A DNA stretch of 60,923 nucleotides, the filler included. It is 6 parts of 6 records of this genome, joined end to end, with 100 filler letters (N's around TTAATTAATTAA, not from the genome) between each part and the next. Parts side by side here need not be neighbours in the genome. Positions count along the whole stretch, not along the records: positions 1 to 19,957 come from SRR31156797_30344; 5 more parts are not named here. One strand, given 5' to 3'. The position numbers and the translations under genes were made by a program. Position 1 is the first letter of the stretch, and every line of letters starts with the position of its first letter. The notes under the pieces were generated by a model. It ran no database searches and was not told where the DNA came from. It worked only from the letters and a program-made list of their open reading frames with translations. This document shows, one piece after another, positions 1-9,947 of this stretch.

Positions 1-1
1 C

Positions 2-1390
2 ATGGGCGCACAGATGGTCAAGGAAGTTGCTTCCAAGACCAATGAAATCGCCGGTGACGGAACCACCACTGCCACAGTGCTGGCCCAGTCCATTTTCAAC
101 GAAGGCGTCAAGCTGCTGGCTGCCGGCCGCAACCCCATGTCCATCAAGCGCGGCATCGATCTGGCTGTCGACGCTCTGGCCGAAGAGCTGGAAGCAATGG
201 CCAAACCGATCAAGAAAAGCTCCGAAATCGCTCAGATCGGTTCCATTTCCGCCAACAATGACATGACTATCGGTGAGATTCTCGCCGAGGCTGTAGAAAG
301 AGTCGGCGACAACGGCGTCATCACCGTTGAAGAATCCCAGGGCCTGTCCACTCAGCTGGACGTGGTCGAGGGCATGCAGTGGGATCAGGGTTACCTCTCC
401 CCCTACTTCATCAATGACGGCGACAAACAGGCTGCTGTTTACGAAGACCCGTTCATTCTGCTCTCCGAGGGCAAAATTTCCAACATCAAGCCGCTGGTTC
501 CCATCTTGGAAGCCGTGGCCAAAGCCGGACGTCCCCTGCTCATCGTCGCCGAGACGGTTGAAAATGACGCTCTTGCCGGTCTGACCATCAACGCCATGCG
601 CGGCTCCCTGAAAGTTTGCGCAGTCAAGGCTCCCGGTTTCGGTGAACGCCGCAAGGACATGATTCGCGACATCGCCATCATGACCGGCGCGACTCCGGTT
701 TCCGAAGACACTGCTGTCACTCTGGAATCCATCCAGCCGAATGACTTCGGTACTGCCAAGAAAGTGGTTGTTGACAAGAACAACACCTTGGTCGTGGATG
801 GTGCAGGCGACAAGGAAGTCGTAGCACGCCGTTGCGAAGAGATCATGAACATGGTCAACAATGCTTCCAGCGACTACGACCGCGAAAAGCTGCAGGAACG
901 TCTGGCCAAGATGGTCGGCGGTGTAGCTGTCATCAAGGTCGGCGCTCCTACAGAAATCGAAATGAAAGAACGCAAGGACCGCGTTGAAGACGCTTTGAAT
1001 GCCACCCGCGCAGCCGTTGACGAAGGTATCGTCGCTGGCGGCGGTACCGCTCTGGTTCGCGCTGGTAAAGCCCTGGCCAAGGTCAAGGGTGCCAACGACA
1101 CCGAGCAGGCCGGTGTGGACATCGTCGTTCGCGCCATCGAAGAGCCTCTGCGCCAGATCGCCAACAACTGCGGCCTCGAAGGCACAGTGATTGTCGAGAA
1201 GGTCAAAGCCCTCAAGGGCAACAACGGCTTCAACGCCGCCACAGGCGAGTACACCGATCTGGTTAAGGCCGGTGTCATCGACCCGAAAAAGGTCACTCGC
1301 ATCGCCTTGCAGAATGCCGCTTCCGTGTCCAGCATGTTGCTGACCACCGAATGCGCCATTTCCGAGGCTATAGTCGAAGACGAAGCTTAG
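2..1390 (+). CDS. groEL: Chaperonin GroEL (Cpn60), 5'-truncated by the window edge; divergent paralog
   Basis: [30 protein letters not shown] and [12 protein letters not shown] motifs. The first ~70 residues of canonical GroEL are missing and there is no GGM tail. Confidence 0.97.
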   Translation: MGAQMVKEVASKTNEIAGDGTTTATVLAQSIFNEGVKLLAAGRNPMSIKRGIDLAVDALAEELEAMAKPIKKSSEIAQIGSISANNDMTIGEILAEAVERVGDNGVITVEESQGLSTQLDVVEGMQWDQGYLSPYFINDGDKQAAVYEDPFILLSEGKISNIKPLVPILEAVAKAGRPLLIVAETVENDALAGLTINAMRGSLKVCAVKAPGFGERRKDMIRDIAIMTGATPVSEDTAVTLESIQPNDFGTAKKVVVDKNNTLVVDGAGDKEVVARRCEEIMNMVNNASSDYDREKLQERLAKMVGGVAVIKVGAPTEIEMKERKDRVEDALNATRAAVDEGIVAGGGTALVRAGKALAKVKGANDTEQAGVDIVVRAIEEPLRQIANNCGLEGTVIVEKVKALKGNNGFNAATGEYTDLVKAGVIDPKKVTRIALQNAASVSSMLLTTECAISEAIVEDEA

Positions 1391-1411
1391 CCTTCACGCC
1401 ATTCGATATTC

Positions 1412-1443
1412 AAAGGCCGGACGCAGTGCGTCCGGCCTTTTTT
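1412..1443 (+). terminator. Rho-independent terminator after groEL
   Basis: Stem AAAGGCCGGACGC/GCGTCCGGCCTTT followed by a T-run. Confidence 0.9.
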
Positions 1444-1486
1444 GTTCCCTGTTGTCGAAACGTCATCAAATCGGTAAGATTCAACC

Positions 1487-2041
1487 ATGTCATTCTTTTC
1501 AAAACTCGTGCAGCCTTATCGCAAAGGTGAGAAAAACTTCGAACGCGGACGATTTGCAGAACTCCGTCGGGATTTCGTAAAAGCCGAGGAGTACTTCACC
1601 ACGGCGGCATTCGCCTTTGATGAACACTTCGCAAAGAAGAATGCCGCAAGCAAAGACTCCCGCGTGTCCCATCTGGTCATGGCCGGAATTTGTTACACCC
1701 GTATCGGCCGATTTGAAGACGGGTTGCGAGTGCTTGAGCAATGCATTGAAGCAAAGGATATCCCGGACGCCTTTCTCCATGCAGGATATGCGGCAGCAAA
1801 ACTCGGCATGACTGAAAAAGCGATTACTCATTGGAAAAACTACCCGGACTGGGCGGGCCAACGCATCATTGCCAACACGCTCAAGGATCAACTCAAAATG
1901 ATTCGTACCGAGGACGCCAACCTTCAAGCTGCATGCGAAGCCGTTGCCAAGGCCGTGCAGAAACAGGACAAGATGAATCAAAATGACCGAAAATTTCGAG
2001 AACGCGGCCAGCGGGACCGTGAGCATAAACAAGGATATTAA
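1487..2041 (+). CDS. TPR-like helical repeat protein
   Basis: 184-aa ORF with TPR-like patterns (AGICYTRIGRFEDG, AFLHAGYAAAKLG...AITHW). Confidence 0.7.
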   Translation: MSFFSKLVQPYRKGEKNFERGRFAELRRDFVKAEEYFTTAAFAFDEHFAKKNAASKDSRVSHLVMAGICYTRIGRFEDGLRVLEQCIEAKDIPDAFLHAGYAAAKLGMTEKAITHWKNYPDWAGQRIIANTLKDQLKMIRTEDANLQAACEAVAKAVQKQDKMNQNDRKFRERGQRDREHKQGY

Positions 2042-2085
2042 CCAACTGTTTGTAAAACGCATCCAAAGCATGTAATTTCACTGTC

Positions 2086-3417
2086 ATGCCGCAACATCAC
2101 CACATATTCAAACGCTTGAGCCTCTCTTTTACCCCGGCACTTCTTGCCGTACTTATTTTTTCGTTCCCAGCTTTAGCTGCTGACACAACAGTTGTCGGCA
2201 CAGGCTCGTCCTCTCAAGATGTGCCGAATGTTCAGGCCGCAGTGAACAAAGGTGGATCGGTCCTCCTCAAAGGGAAATTCAATTTTGGGTCTGAAGGCCG
2301 AGTAAAAATCACAAAAAACATTCGTATTTCCGGTGAAACCGATTCTATCGGAGAACCAAAAACCATTATTACCGGTGGTTTCTGGACGCTATACGCCCCC
2401 CTGCCTTACAAAGATGCACCTCCGTCAGAAAAAGGTCCCATCGTTGCTATCAGTTCCATCCGATTCGATGGCTCAAAAGGAACCCCGCTCCACTTCCCCT
2501 ATGTAAGCGGCCTGGATATACGGGGATGCACCGTAACAGATGTCATTCCTCAACAAGTTGACATTGAATGGTCTGAGGCCGACACCCTTGCATTTCAAGC
2601 CGGAGTCATCGTGGGCAACCGTATTGTCCACACCAAAGGACCGTTGAAAAAAGCGGTGAGCGGAACAATCAGAATTGAAAACAACCGTTTCTTCATGGAA
2701 AACAAACGCCCTGAAAGTACTGCCGGATTCGGTGTTCTCACAGACTGGACCACGGGCGCAGAAATCACCATCAAGGATAACATCATCCTCCGTACATCGC
2801 GAAACGGCATAGAAGTGTTGGATAATACGCGTAATGCCAAGGGTAATGGCTCCATCACCATATCCGGCAACCGCATAACGACTGACGAGGAAGGTATTCC
2901 TTACCCTCACAAATACGGTCCCAACGGTATTGTGGCTGGATGGTACTTTGACACTCGCGGCGGCGCGGACTTTTCACGCAACAACCGCATTGCCATCACT
3001 GGCAATCGCATCGAAGGTCGAGGAGAGGCTTCTACCGGCATCCTGCTCTATGCCAATGATATAGTGGCCACCTGCAACGACATCATTATGGGCGGAGGCG
3101 TCAGTGCGCGTGGCATTGTCCAAACTGGGTCACGTGGTTTTTTTGCCAATAACAGAGTGCGTGGCGAAGCTCGATACGCCCTCTACTGTTACCCCTTCGA
3201 GTCACTCAAAGCCACGGCCAATACCTTTGCATGGACAGAGCTGAACGATTTCACAGGCATCAAAGGCCACATCTTGCTCGGGGGTCAAGTCAATGTTGTT
3301 GTCGGCTCAGTTCCGGCACTGCTCGACAAGGGCAAAGGAAATCGTGTGGTAGAAACTCCGCCTTGTGCTCTCCCAGAAGTTGACCCTGAAGGCGAATCCT
3401 GGGAACCCGTTGAATAG
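2086..3417 (+). CDS. Secreted right-handed parallel beta-helix repeat protein
   Basis: N-terminal signal peptide (ALA-A) and repeated I(E/S/T)xNxI turns (IENNRF, IKDNII, ISGNRI, ITGNRI, FANNRV). Confidence 0.75.
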   Translation: MPQHHHIFKRLSLSFTPALLAVLIFSFPALAADTTVVGTGSSSQDVPNVQAAVNKGGSVLLKGKFNFGSEGRVKITKNIRISGETDSIGEPKTIITGGFWTLYAPLPYKDAPPSEKGPIVAISSIRFDGSKGTPLHFPYVSGLDIRGCTVTDVIPQQVDIEWSEADTLAFQAGVIVGNRIVHTKGPLKKAVSGTIRIENNRFFMENKRPESTAGFGVLTDWTTGAEITIKDNIILRTSRNGIEVLDNTRNAKGNGSITISGNRITTDEEGIPYPHKYGPNGIVAGWYFDTRGGADFSRNNRIAITGNRIEGRGEASTGILLYANDIVATCNDIIMGGGVSARGIVQTGSRGFFANNRVRGEARYALYCYPFESLKATANTFAWTELNDFTGIKGHILLGGQVNVVVGSVPALLDKGKGNRVVETPPCALPEVDPEGESWEPVE

Positions 3418-3663
3418 CTGACGGCTCTCAACCTTCAACTCGCTTGAGCTTTGCTCATGGAGCCCCCCTTTTTTATTTGAAAAGAGAATTCGTCAGCATA
3501 AGTTCTTTCGTCCCAACGGTTCCAACCAGACATAGATGTACAGAAATCTCAAATAATATTTCTTCTAAAAGTATCCAAAAAACAGACACTTCTATTACAA
3601 TATTATCACGAACCTGATGAATATTGCCTTTTGTGTTGACACTCTCAACCTCACCTTGTATTG

Positions 3664-3682
3664 ATTGATAACGATTTTCAAT
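3664..3682 (+). promoter_or_regulatory. Putative Fur box downstream of a TTGACA -35 hexamer (3636-3641)
   Basis: ATTGATAACGATTTTCAAT, an imperfect 19-bp palindrome resembling the Desulfovibrio Fur motif TTGAAAATnATTTTCAA. Confidence 0.6.
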
Positions 3683-3703
3683 TTCAACCAAGCCGAGGTA
3701 ATT

Positions 3704-3985
3704 ATGTGTGCCGCTCTTGTAGGTGGAATGGACCGACTGAAAAGAGAATATGTGACTGAAGCCAAAAAAAACGGCGTCAAGCTCAAACACTTCACAGGTA
3801 AAGAACGAAAGATATCTCAATCCTTGGGTAATGTAGACTTTGTCGTCATGTTTACGAACAAGGTTTCACACAAAGCACGCAAAGACGTCCTCGACGCAGT
3901 GCGCGGCAAGGACGTTCCTGTTTACATGCATCATTCCTGTGGAATCAGCACTCTTCGCAAGCAGTTGGACGAAGTTGTCGGCTAG
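3704..3985 (+). CDS. DUF2325 domain protein
   Basis: ALVGG...D.VV.FT..VSH...H..G pattern. ATG at 3704 follows a GAGG RBS; the track start at 3665 lies inside the Fur-like site. Confidence 0.8.
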   Translation: MCAALVGGMDRLKREYVTEAKKNGVKLKHFTGKERKISQSLGNVDFVVMFTNKVSHKARKDVLDAVRGKDVPVYMHHSCGISTLRKQLDEVVG

Positions 3986-4938
3986 CCTGCTTCCCGACCT
4001 TCCCATTCTTGAATCAAGTTGATGACCTTCTGGGTCAACCCGTTGAATTCCGGCTTGGTCACCTGAGCATCAGCCATGACAGCCTTGCCCTTGTGAAGAA
4101 CGGACTTGGAAATCAAGGAGGAAAACAAGGTCACGGGCAGTACTTTGAGTATAGGATCTTCCTTGATCCTACGTGTTAATGTGTAGCCGTCCATTTGCGG
4201 CATCTCCACATCTGAGACCACGGCGTCAAGATAATGAAGAGGACTTTTCCCTTCTTCTATGGCTTTATTCTTGATGGCTTCCAATTTCGCCCATGCTTCA
4301 GATCCATCGCCGACCATGGTCACTTCAAAATTGGCATTTGTAAAATTCTTTTCCAACAACTGACGCACAGATGTCGAATCATCGGCTATAAGAGCTCTAT
4401 AGCGTTCTTCAGAAACCAAGTCGCTCAAGTTGGCATCAGTTTGACCGGATTCGTCCAGATCGGCCAGCACCTGCTCAAGATCCAACATCAATACAAAGCG
4501 ATCTTTTATCTTGATAGTACCGGTGATGCAGTTGGTGTCCATAGAAGAGAAATATTTACTGGGAGGCTCAACGTCTGCCCAATTCACACGATGAATCTGT
4601 GTCACACCAGACACCAGAAACCCCGTAATCATGGCATTAAACTCTGTTACAATGACAGGTTCATTAACATCATCCGCCTTGTCTATGTTCAACCAGACAC
4701 TCAGATCAACGACAGGTAGAATCAAATCACGCAAAGGGATCGTTCCAAGAAAACTCGGATGAACAGCCGCCTCCGATCCTTCCAGACCTTCTGGAGCTTC
4801 TACCACTTCAAGGACTTTGGCCACGTTGACACCAAAATATTGCGTCTCGATGCCTTTATCTGTTTTTTCATTAACAAAAAACTCAATGATTTCGAGTTCA
4901 TTAGTTCCTGTTTCCAATAAAATATCTGTCTGACTCAT
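3982..4938 (-). CDS. cheV: Chemotaxis coupling protein CheV (CheW + receiver)
   Basis: ILLETGTNELEIIEF and FGVNVAKVLEV CheW domain; C-terminal receiver with ADDS and SDVEMPQMDG. Confidence 0.93.
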   Translation of the reverse strand: MSQTDILLETGTNELEIIEFFVNEKTDKGIETQYFGVNVAKVLEVVEAPEGLEGSEAAVHPSFLGTIPLRDLILPVVDLSVWLNIDKADDVNEPVIVTEFNAMITGFLVSGVTQIHRVNWADVEPPSKYFSSMDTNCITGTIKIKDRFVLMLDLEQVLADLDESGQTDANLSDLVSEERYRALIADDSTSVRQLLEKNFTNANFEVTMVGDGSEAWAKLEAIKNKAIEEGKSPLHYLDAVVSDVEMPQMDGYTLTRRIKEDPILKVLPVTLFSSLISKSVLHKGKAVMADAQVTKPEFNGLTQKVINLIQEWEGREAG

Positions 4939-5058
4939 TCTTCCTTCCTCCGATCCGCAATTGTGCGACTTGTTTCACGCTTAGCATGACATGCCTCTTT
5001 AGATGAATGATTTTTTTCATCTAAACCAATTTTTTACGGATTCAAAACATATCAACCC

Positions 5059-5089
5059 AAAAAAAAGCGCCGCTAAAATGCGGCGCTTT
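5059..5089 (-). terminator. Rho-independent terminator after neuB
   Basis: AAAGCGCCGC/GCGGCGCTTT stem with an A8 run (U-tract on the minus strand). Confidence 0.85.
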
Positions 5090-5111
5090 AAAAGCTTCAT
5101 TAAAATCACAA

Positions 5112-6203
5112 TCAGGACGATACAGCTCCAGCTACTTCGACCTCTGTAAGACGTAAGGTATCCCATTGCACTGGCTCTTCGTGCTTCACGGAACGATTAA
5201 GAACCGCTCCCAAAACCTCATCCCAATGAACAGGAGATACGCCCACGCGAGGGCATCGAGTCGTCAGATCTGCTTCTGTAAGGATATGACCGGCAGGCAG
5301 TTCGCGGGAAAAGACAATGCACTTGCGCAATTTTTTGGACGCGGCCTGCTCGTCTGGGAACACGACCTTCCCCTTGACCTGAATGGCTTTTTCAACTTCA
5401 CGGATCATGGTCACCATGGACGCCAACTCTTGCGGTTCAAGAGAAGCCTGATGGTCTGTTCCCTTGAGTGTCTTGTCCAAAGTAAAATGCCGTTCAACCA
5501 CACAGGCATTCAAAGCCGCAGCTCCAACACTGGGGCCTATACCTTTTTCGTGGCCAGAATATCCGACCGGCACATCATAGCGCTCAATAAGGGCTTCCAT
5601 GACCGGCAGGCCTATCTGCTCTTCAGGACAAGGATAGGTGGAGTTGCAATGCAACAGAATCACGTTGTCATGATAATTACGAATTTCCGCCATGGCGACA
5701 TCAATATCTTCAAGTCCGCTCATGCCCGTGGAAAGAATGATGGGGATACCGGTGGCCGCATATTTACGAACCAGCGGCACGTTGACCAATTCGGCAGAAC
5801 TGATCTTGAGCAGTTCCACATCCAGATCCACAATCTGCTCCAGGCTGGGTTCATCCCAAGCCGAAGCGAAAAACACCAATCCCTTGGATTCGCTATACTC
5901 CTTGAGCTGTCTCATCTGCTCAATGGACAGTTCCAAAGCATTACGGTGCTCACCGTAAGTCGGCCCAAAACTATTAGGACCGGTATACGGAGCCGCTCTA
6001 CCTTCGCGGGTCAGCAAGGCTTCATTGTCCCTTTTCTGGAACTTGACCCCCTGCACGCCTGCGGCGGCGGCTTCGTCGATCATCCTTTGTGCGATGTCAT
6101 ATTCACCCTGATGGTTATTTCCAATCTCTGCGACGATAAAGCAGGGATGGCCCTTGCCAATGGTGACGCCAGAACGAAGTGTGACGGACTGAATCTGTTT
6201 CAT
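5112..6203 (-). CDS. neuB: N-acetylneuraminate/nonulosonate synthase family protein with C-terminal SAF domain
   Basis: IVAEIGNNHQG, VKFQ, ILSTGM, LLHCNSTYP, GYSGHE and ERHFTLDK motifs. Confidence 0.92.
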   Translation of the reverse strand: MKQIQSVTLRSGVTIGKGHPCFIVAEIGNNHQGEYDIAQRMIDEAAAAGVQGVKFQKRDNEALLTREGRAAPYTGPNSFGPTYGEHRNALELSIEQMRQLKEYSESKGLVFFASAWDEPSLEQIVDLDVELLKISSAELVNVPLVRKYAATGIPIILSTGMSGLEDIDVAMAEIRNYHDNVILLHCNSTYPCPEEQIGLPVMEALIERYDVPVGYSGHEKGIGPSVGAAALNACVVERHFTLDKTLKGTDHQASLEPQELASMVTMIREVEKAIQVKGKVVFPDEQAASKKLRKCIVFSRELPAGHILTEADLTTRCPRVGVSPVHWDEVLGAVLNRSVKHEEPVQWDTLRLTEVEVAGAVSS

Positions 6204-6204
6204 A

Positions 6205-6852
6205 TCAGAATCTCACAATTTGAAATCCGCGCTTTTCGGAATACGGCTTGAGCTGCTCATAAATCTCGGCTTGTTTGCCAAACGAGGTGATGACTACGGC
6301 ATCGCAGTCCACCTGATCCAGAACATGCGGTGCGGAAACCACATGGCCGTTGAAAATCTGCCCCTGTTTCTTCGTATCATTATCAAGAAGCGCCAGGACC
6401 TGAAATCCTGTATCCCTCAGAGCGGATAAAACCACTTCGCAGGTCTCGGATGCACCGAATAACGCCAGCTTTCTTTTTCCTTGGCTCTCCAGCAAGGAGA
6501 GTTGATCCAAAACAAATTCTTTAATGGTCGAATACAAACGGACCGTTTCAGATGAATAATCTGAAAACATCCGCTGCCGCGACTGATGTCCCTGATCTGT
6601 CAGAGTATAGCTATAGCTCTTCCCGTTAACAGGGCAAAACTCAACCAGTCCCTCGGACTGGAGTTGTTTGAGATACTGATTGACCATAGCCCCGGACAAA
6701 TGAAGCTGTTTGCCCAGTTCAAACTGAGACAAACGGGAATCCCTTGAAAGGGCATCCAGAATGGCAAGCACACGCGTGTTCTTACTCGGCTTAAGGTAGC
6801 ACCCGTCGGTTATCAACATTCCGGTAACCACATTTTCAATTTGATCTGCCAT
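6205..6852 (-). CDS. Winged-HTH transcriptional regulator fused to a Rossmann-like domain
   Basis: SQFELGKQLHLSGAMVNQYLKQL HTH with a YSYTLT wing; C-terminal LALFGAS...LLDND...GHVV Rossmann-like segment. Confidence 0.8.
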   Translation of the reverse strand: MADQIENVVTGMLITDGCYLKPSKNTRVLAILDALSRDSRLSQFELGKQLHLSGAMVNQYLKQLQSEGLVEFCPVNGKSYSYTLTDQGHQSRQRMFSDYSSETVRLYSTIKEFVLDQLSLLESQGKRKLALFGASETCEVVLSALRDTGFQVLALLDNDTKKQGQIFNGHVVSAPHVLDQVDCDAVVITSFGKQAEIYEQLKPYSEKRGFQIVRF

Positions 6853-7363
6853 GAACTCTCTCGGTCATTCGTTCGGTCAATGATTCATCCAGTTTAAAAG
6901 GGAATTGCATCGCCGAGTGTGTCACTCTAGACATGCGTTGCACCCCTGTCAATACGCCCGTCCCACAATGGTTTTGACCGTATTTCTTATTTTTATTCGG
7001 CACAAGCCGCTTTTAATCAATCGTTGACATATTGAATAATCGGCCCTTTTCGCCCCAAACTTTAGCAAAGAGGCAATCATTTCCACATTTGGAAACGGGA
7101 ATTGATTTGCAAAGAGTTTGCCAAGAAGTGATTTCACATAATAAACACAACTAACAAATTCAATCAACAGCCCGAAATATTTTATTTTATTCAAAAAAGA
7201 AGACATTCAAAATAAATAAACGTGTTTCAGATACAACGCTTAAAACTACACACAACGTCAAAACTCCAACCCGTCACTGTTTGAAACACGCCATATTGAC
7301 CCCGCCACCCACCTATTATAGGTTCGGGGCGCTTTCAACGAAATCAACGAGGATATTTACTCC

Positions 7364-9091
7364 ATGGAGCATATAAACCGCCCCTGGCTCAAGGCGTACG
7401 ACCCTGACGTGCCGCCCACTCTGGACTATGACAAGATTCCCCTGTTCGAATTTCTGGACAGGGCCGCACACAAATGGCCAAAACGCAAGGCCATTGTTTT
7501 TAAAAACTGGTCGATAACTTACGCCAAGCTCAAGACCCAGAGCGAAATATTCGCAGCCAATCTCAAGGCCGCCGGGATACGCAAGGGCGACCGGGTCGCC
7601 TTGATGCTGCCCAACCTGCCACAGACAATCATTGCCTTTTGGGGCGTCCTTCGTGCCGGAGCCATTGGCGTCATGACCAACCCGCTCTATATGGAAACAG
7701 AGATCGTCCACCAGTTCAACGACGCAGGGGTACGATGCTGCATCACTCTGGACATGCTTTGGCCCAAACTAAATAAACTGCGAGACTCCATCCCCGTAGA
7801 AAAATTTTTCATCACGACCATAGGTGAAGGGCTCAAATTCCCCTTGAGCACCCTTTACAAACTTCAGGCTAAAAAGAACGGTACCGCGCCCAAAATCCCT
7901 TACGATGGGAAACACATTTTCCCCTTCAAGGAATTAACGAAAGGCCGCGAAAAATTCACTGACAAAAAAGTGGATCACCATGACACCGCCCTACTGCAGT
8001 ACACAGGCGGAACCACGGGTGTAGCAAAGGGATGTATCCTGACCCATTCCAACATCAGCGCGAACATGCAACAATGCCATGCCATGATGCACACCTTGGG
8101 GAAAAAGAAGGAAACATTCCTCGGAATCCTCCCCTATTTCCATATATATGGACTGACGACCTGTCTTGCCTGGCCAACCAGCCTGGGGGCAACACTGGCT
8201 CCGTTTCCGCGCTATGTTCCTCTTGACGTACTCAAAGGAATCAACAAGCTCAAACCGACCGTATTCCCGGGTGCACCGTCACTGTATATTTCACTCCTTC
8301 AGCAAAAAGACATCGATAAATACGACCTGCAATCCATCGAAGTGTGTGTATCCGGTTCTGCCCCCATGCCTGTTGAATATATGGAGCAGTTCAAAAAACG
8401 ATCTGGCACATCCATCACCGAAGGATATGGATTAACGGAGGCGTCCCCTGTCACTCATTTCAACCCGCTGGAAGGTATCAGCAAAGTAGGCTCCATTGGC
8501 CTACCTTTCCCTGATACTGACGCAAAAATTGTTGATATGGATGTTGGTGGAGAACCTCTGCCTCCGGGGAAACGGGGAGAACTGGTGGTCCGCGGACCGC
8601 AAATCATGAAAGGCTACTACAACCGCCCGGACGCCACAGCCGATGTCCTGCGAAATGGTTGGCTTTACACCGGCGATATCGCCACCATGGACGAAGAAGG
8701 TTACTTCTACATCGTGGACCGCAAGAAGGACCTCATCATTTCAGGTGGCTACAACATATATCCACGCGAGATTGACGAAGTTCTGCACTCCCACCCTAAA
8801 ATCAAGGAAGCTGTCTCCGTGGGAATCCCACACGAGACTCGCGGCGAAATCGTCAAGGCGTATGTAATAACTCAACCGGGAGAAGAACTCTCTCGCAGTG
8901 ATGTCATCGCGTACTGTCGTGAAAAACTTGCCAACTATAAGGTGCCTCGTAAAGTCGAATTCAGAAAGGATCTGCCCAAAACCATGGTCGGCAAGGTCCT
9001 CCGTCGGGCCTTGCGTGACGAGGAAGTGACCAAGATCGAAGAAAAAAAAGCCCGAAAAGCACTCAAAAAAGCAAAAAAAAATAAAAATTAA
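7364..9091 (+). CDS. fadD: Long-chain fatty acid--CoA ligase
   Basis: LQYTGGTTGVAKG AMP-binding motif, EGYGLTE, GWLYTGD and LPKTMVGK. Confidence 0.93.
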   Translation: MEHINRPWLKAYDPDVPPTLDYDKIPLFEFLDRAAHKWPKRKAIVFKNWSITYAKLKTQSEIFAANLKAAGIRKGDRVALMLPNLPQTIIAFWGVLRAGAIGVMTNPLYMETEIVHQFNDAGVRCCITLDMLWPKLNKLRDSIPVEKFFITTIGEGLKFPLSTLYKLQAKKNGTAPKIPYDGKHIFPFKELTKGREKFTDKKVDHHDTALLQYTGGTTGVAKGCILTHSNISANMQQCHAMMHTLGKKKETFLGILPYFHIYGLTTCLAWPTSLGATLAPFPRYVPLDVLKGINKLKPTVFPGAPSLYISLLQQKDIDKYDLQSIEVCVSGSAPMPVEYMEQFKKRSGTSITEGYGLTEASPVTHFNPLEGISKVGSIGLPFPDTDAKIVDMDVGGEPLPPGKRGELVVRGPQIMKGYYNRPDATADVLRNGWLYTGDIATMDEEGYFYIVDRKKDLIISGGYNIYPREIDEVLHSHPKIKEAVSVGIPHETRGEIVKAYVITQPGEELSRSDVIAYCREKLANYKVPRKVEFRKDLPKTMVGKVLRRALRDEEVTKIEEKKARKALKKAKKNKN

Positions 9092-9702
9092 TGTCTAATA
9101 ATCAATACAAATGCAAATTCCGCGGAGAAGTCTGCCGAGGACACCGGGAAATGCGCAATGGATACCGCGCTGTGACTCTCTGGTTTTGCGGACTGTCCGG
9201 CGCCGGAAAATCAACCATAGCCCATGCCGTGGAAAAACGACTTTTTGATGAAGGGGCACGCACGTATACCTTTGACGGCGACAATGTTCGGCATGGACTG
9301 TGCGGCGATCTCTCGTTTTCACCAGAAGGCCGTGCAGAGAACATCCGACGCATCAGCGAAATGACAAAACTCTTCATGGATGCCGGCACTATTTGCCTCT
9401 GTGCATTCATCACCCCCGAACACGACGCACAGCAGCGTCTCCGAGAGATGCATGAGGATGGGGACTTCTTCCTCGTCCATGTAGACTGCCCTGTGGAAGT
9501 CTGTGAAGAACGTGATGTAAAAGGATATTACAAGCTCGCCCGTGAAGGAAAAATCAAAAACTACACTGGAATCAGTGCGCCGTTTGACACTCCTGAATCA
9601 CCAGATTTACGTTTGGATACAACGGCCTGTAATATCGATGAATGCGCCGATCAGGTCCTCACCTTTCTCAAAGAGAAAATCTCCCTTTTAGATGTGAAAT
9701 AG
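9091..9702 (+). CDS. cysC: Adenylyl-sulfate (APS) kinase
   Basis: WFCGLSGAGKST P-loop, DGDNVRHGL, RAENIRR and RDVKGYY; start overlaps the fadD stop (TAATG). Confidence 0.95.
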   Translation: MSNNQYKCKFRGEVCRGHREMRNGYRAVTLWFCGLSGAGKSTIAHAVEKRLFDEGARTYTFDGDNVRHGLCGDLSFSPEGRAENIRRISEMTKLFMDAGTICLCAFITPEHDAQQRLREMHEDGDFFLVHVDCPVEVCEERDVKGYYKLAREGKIKNYTGISAPFDTPESPDLRLDTTACNIDECADQVLTFLKEKISLLDVK

Positions 9703-9755
9703 CCATAAAAAGCAGAGAAGGGATCTCTCAAAAGCCCCTATCTTGACAATAATGA

Positions 9756-9790
9756 AAACCGAAATTTTTCTTTTTGAAAAATTTCGGTTT
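9756..9790. repeat. Perfect 15-bp inverted repeat upstream of livK (operator or hairpin)
   Basis: AAACCGAAATTTTTC-TTTTT-GAAAAATTTCGGTTT; TTGACA at 9743-9748 just upstream. Confidence 0.8.
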
Positions 9791-9947
9791 AATTTATTAT
9801 GAAATACCTTGAAAATACGCATTTTATTCAACCATAACACCACATTTGCAAAAATGTAGTATAGAAAACCCCTTCCTCTCATGGCCTATTTGGTGTAAGC
9901 ACAGAGCTTGTATCGATTGGTAACTAATATTCCTATGAGAGGAGGAA

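Noticed and set aside
5166-6251. 361-aa ORF antisense to neuB
   Set aside because: Mirrors a conserved gene and has no recognisable motif or RBS.
6949-7206. 85-aa ORF in the regulator-fadD intergenic region
   Set aside because: AT-rich, no RBS or motif; more likely divergent promoter DNA.
9882-9911. Possible sigma-54 promoter before livK
   Set aside because: Candidates lack the invariant GG-N10-GC.
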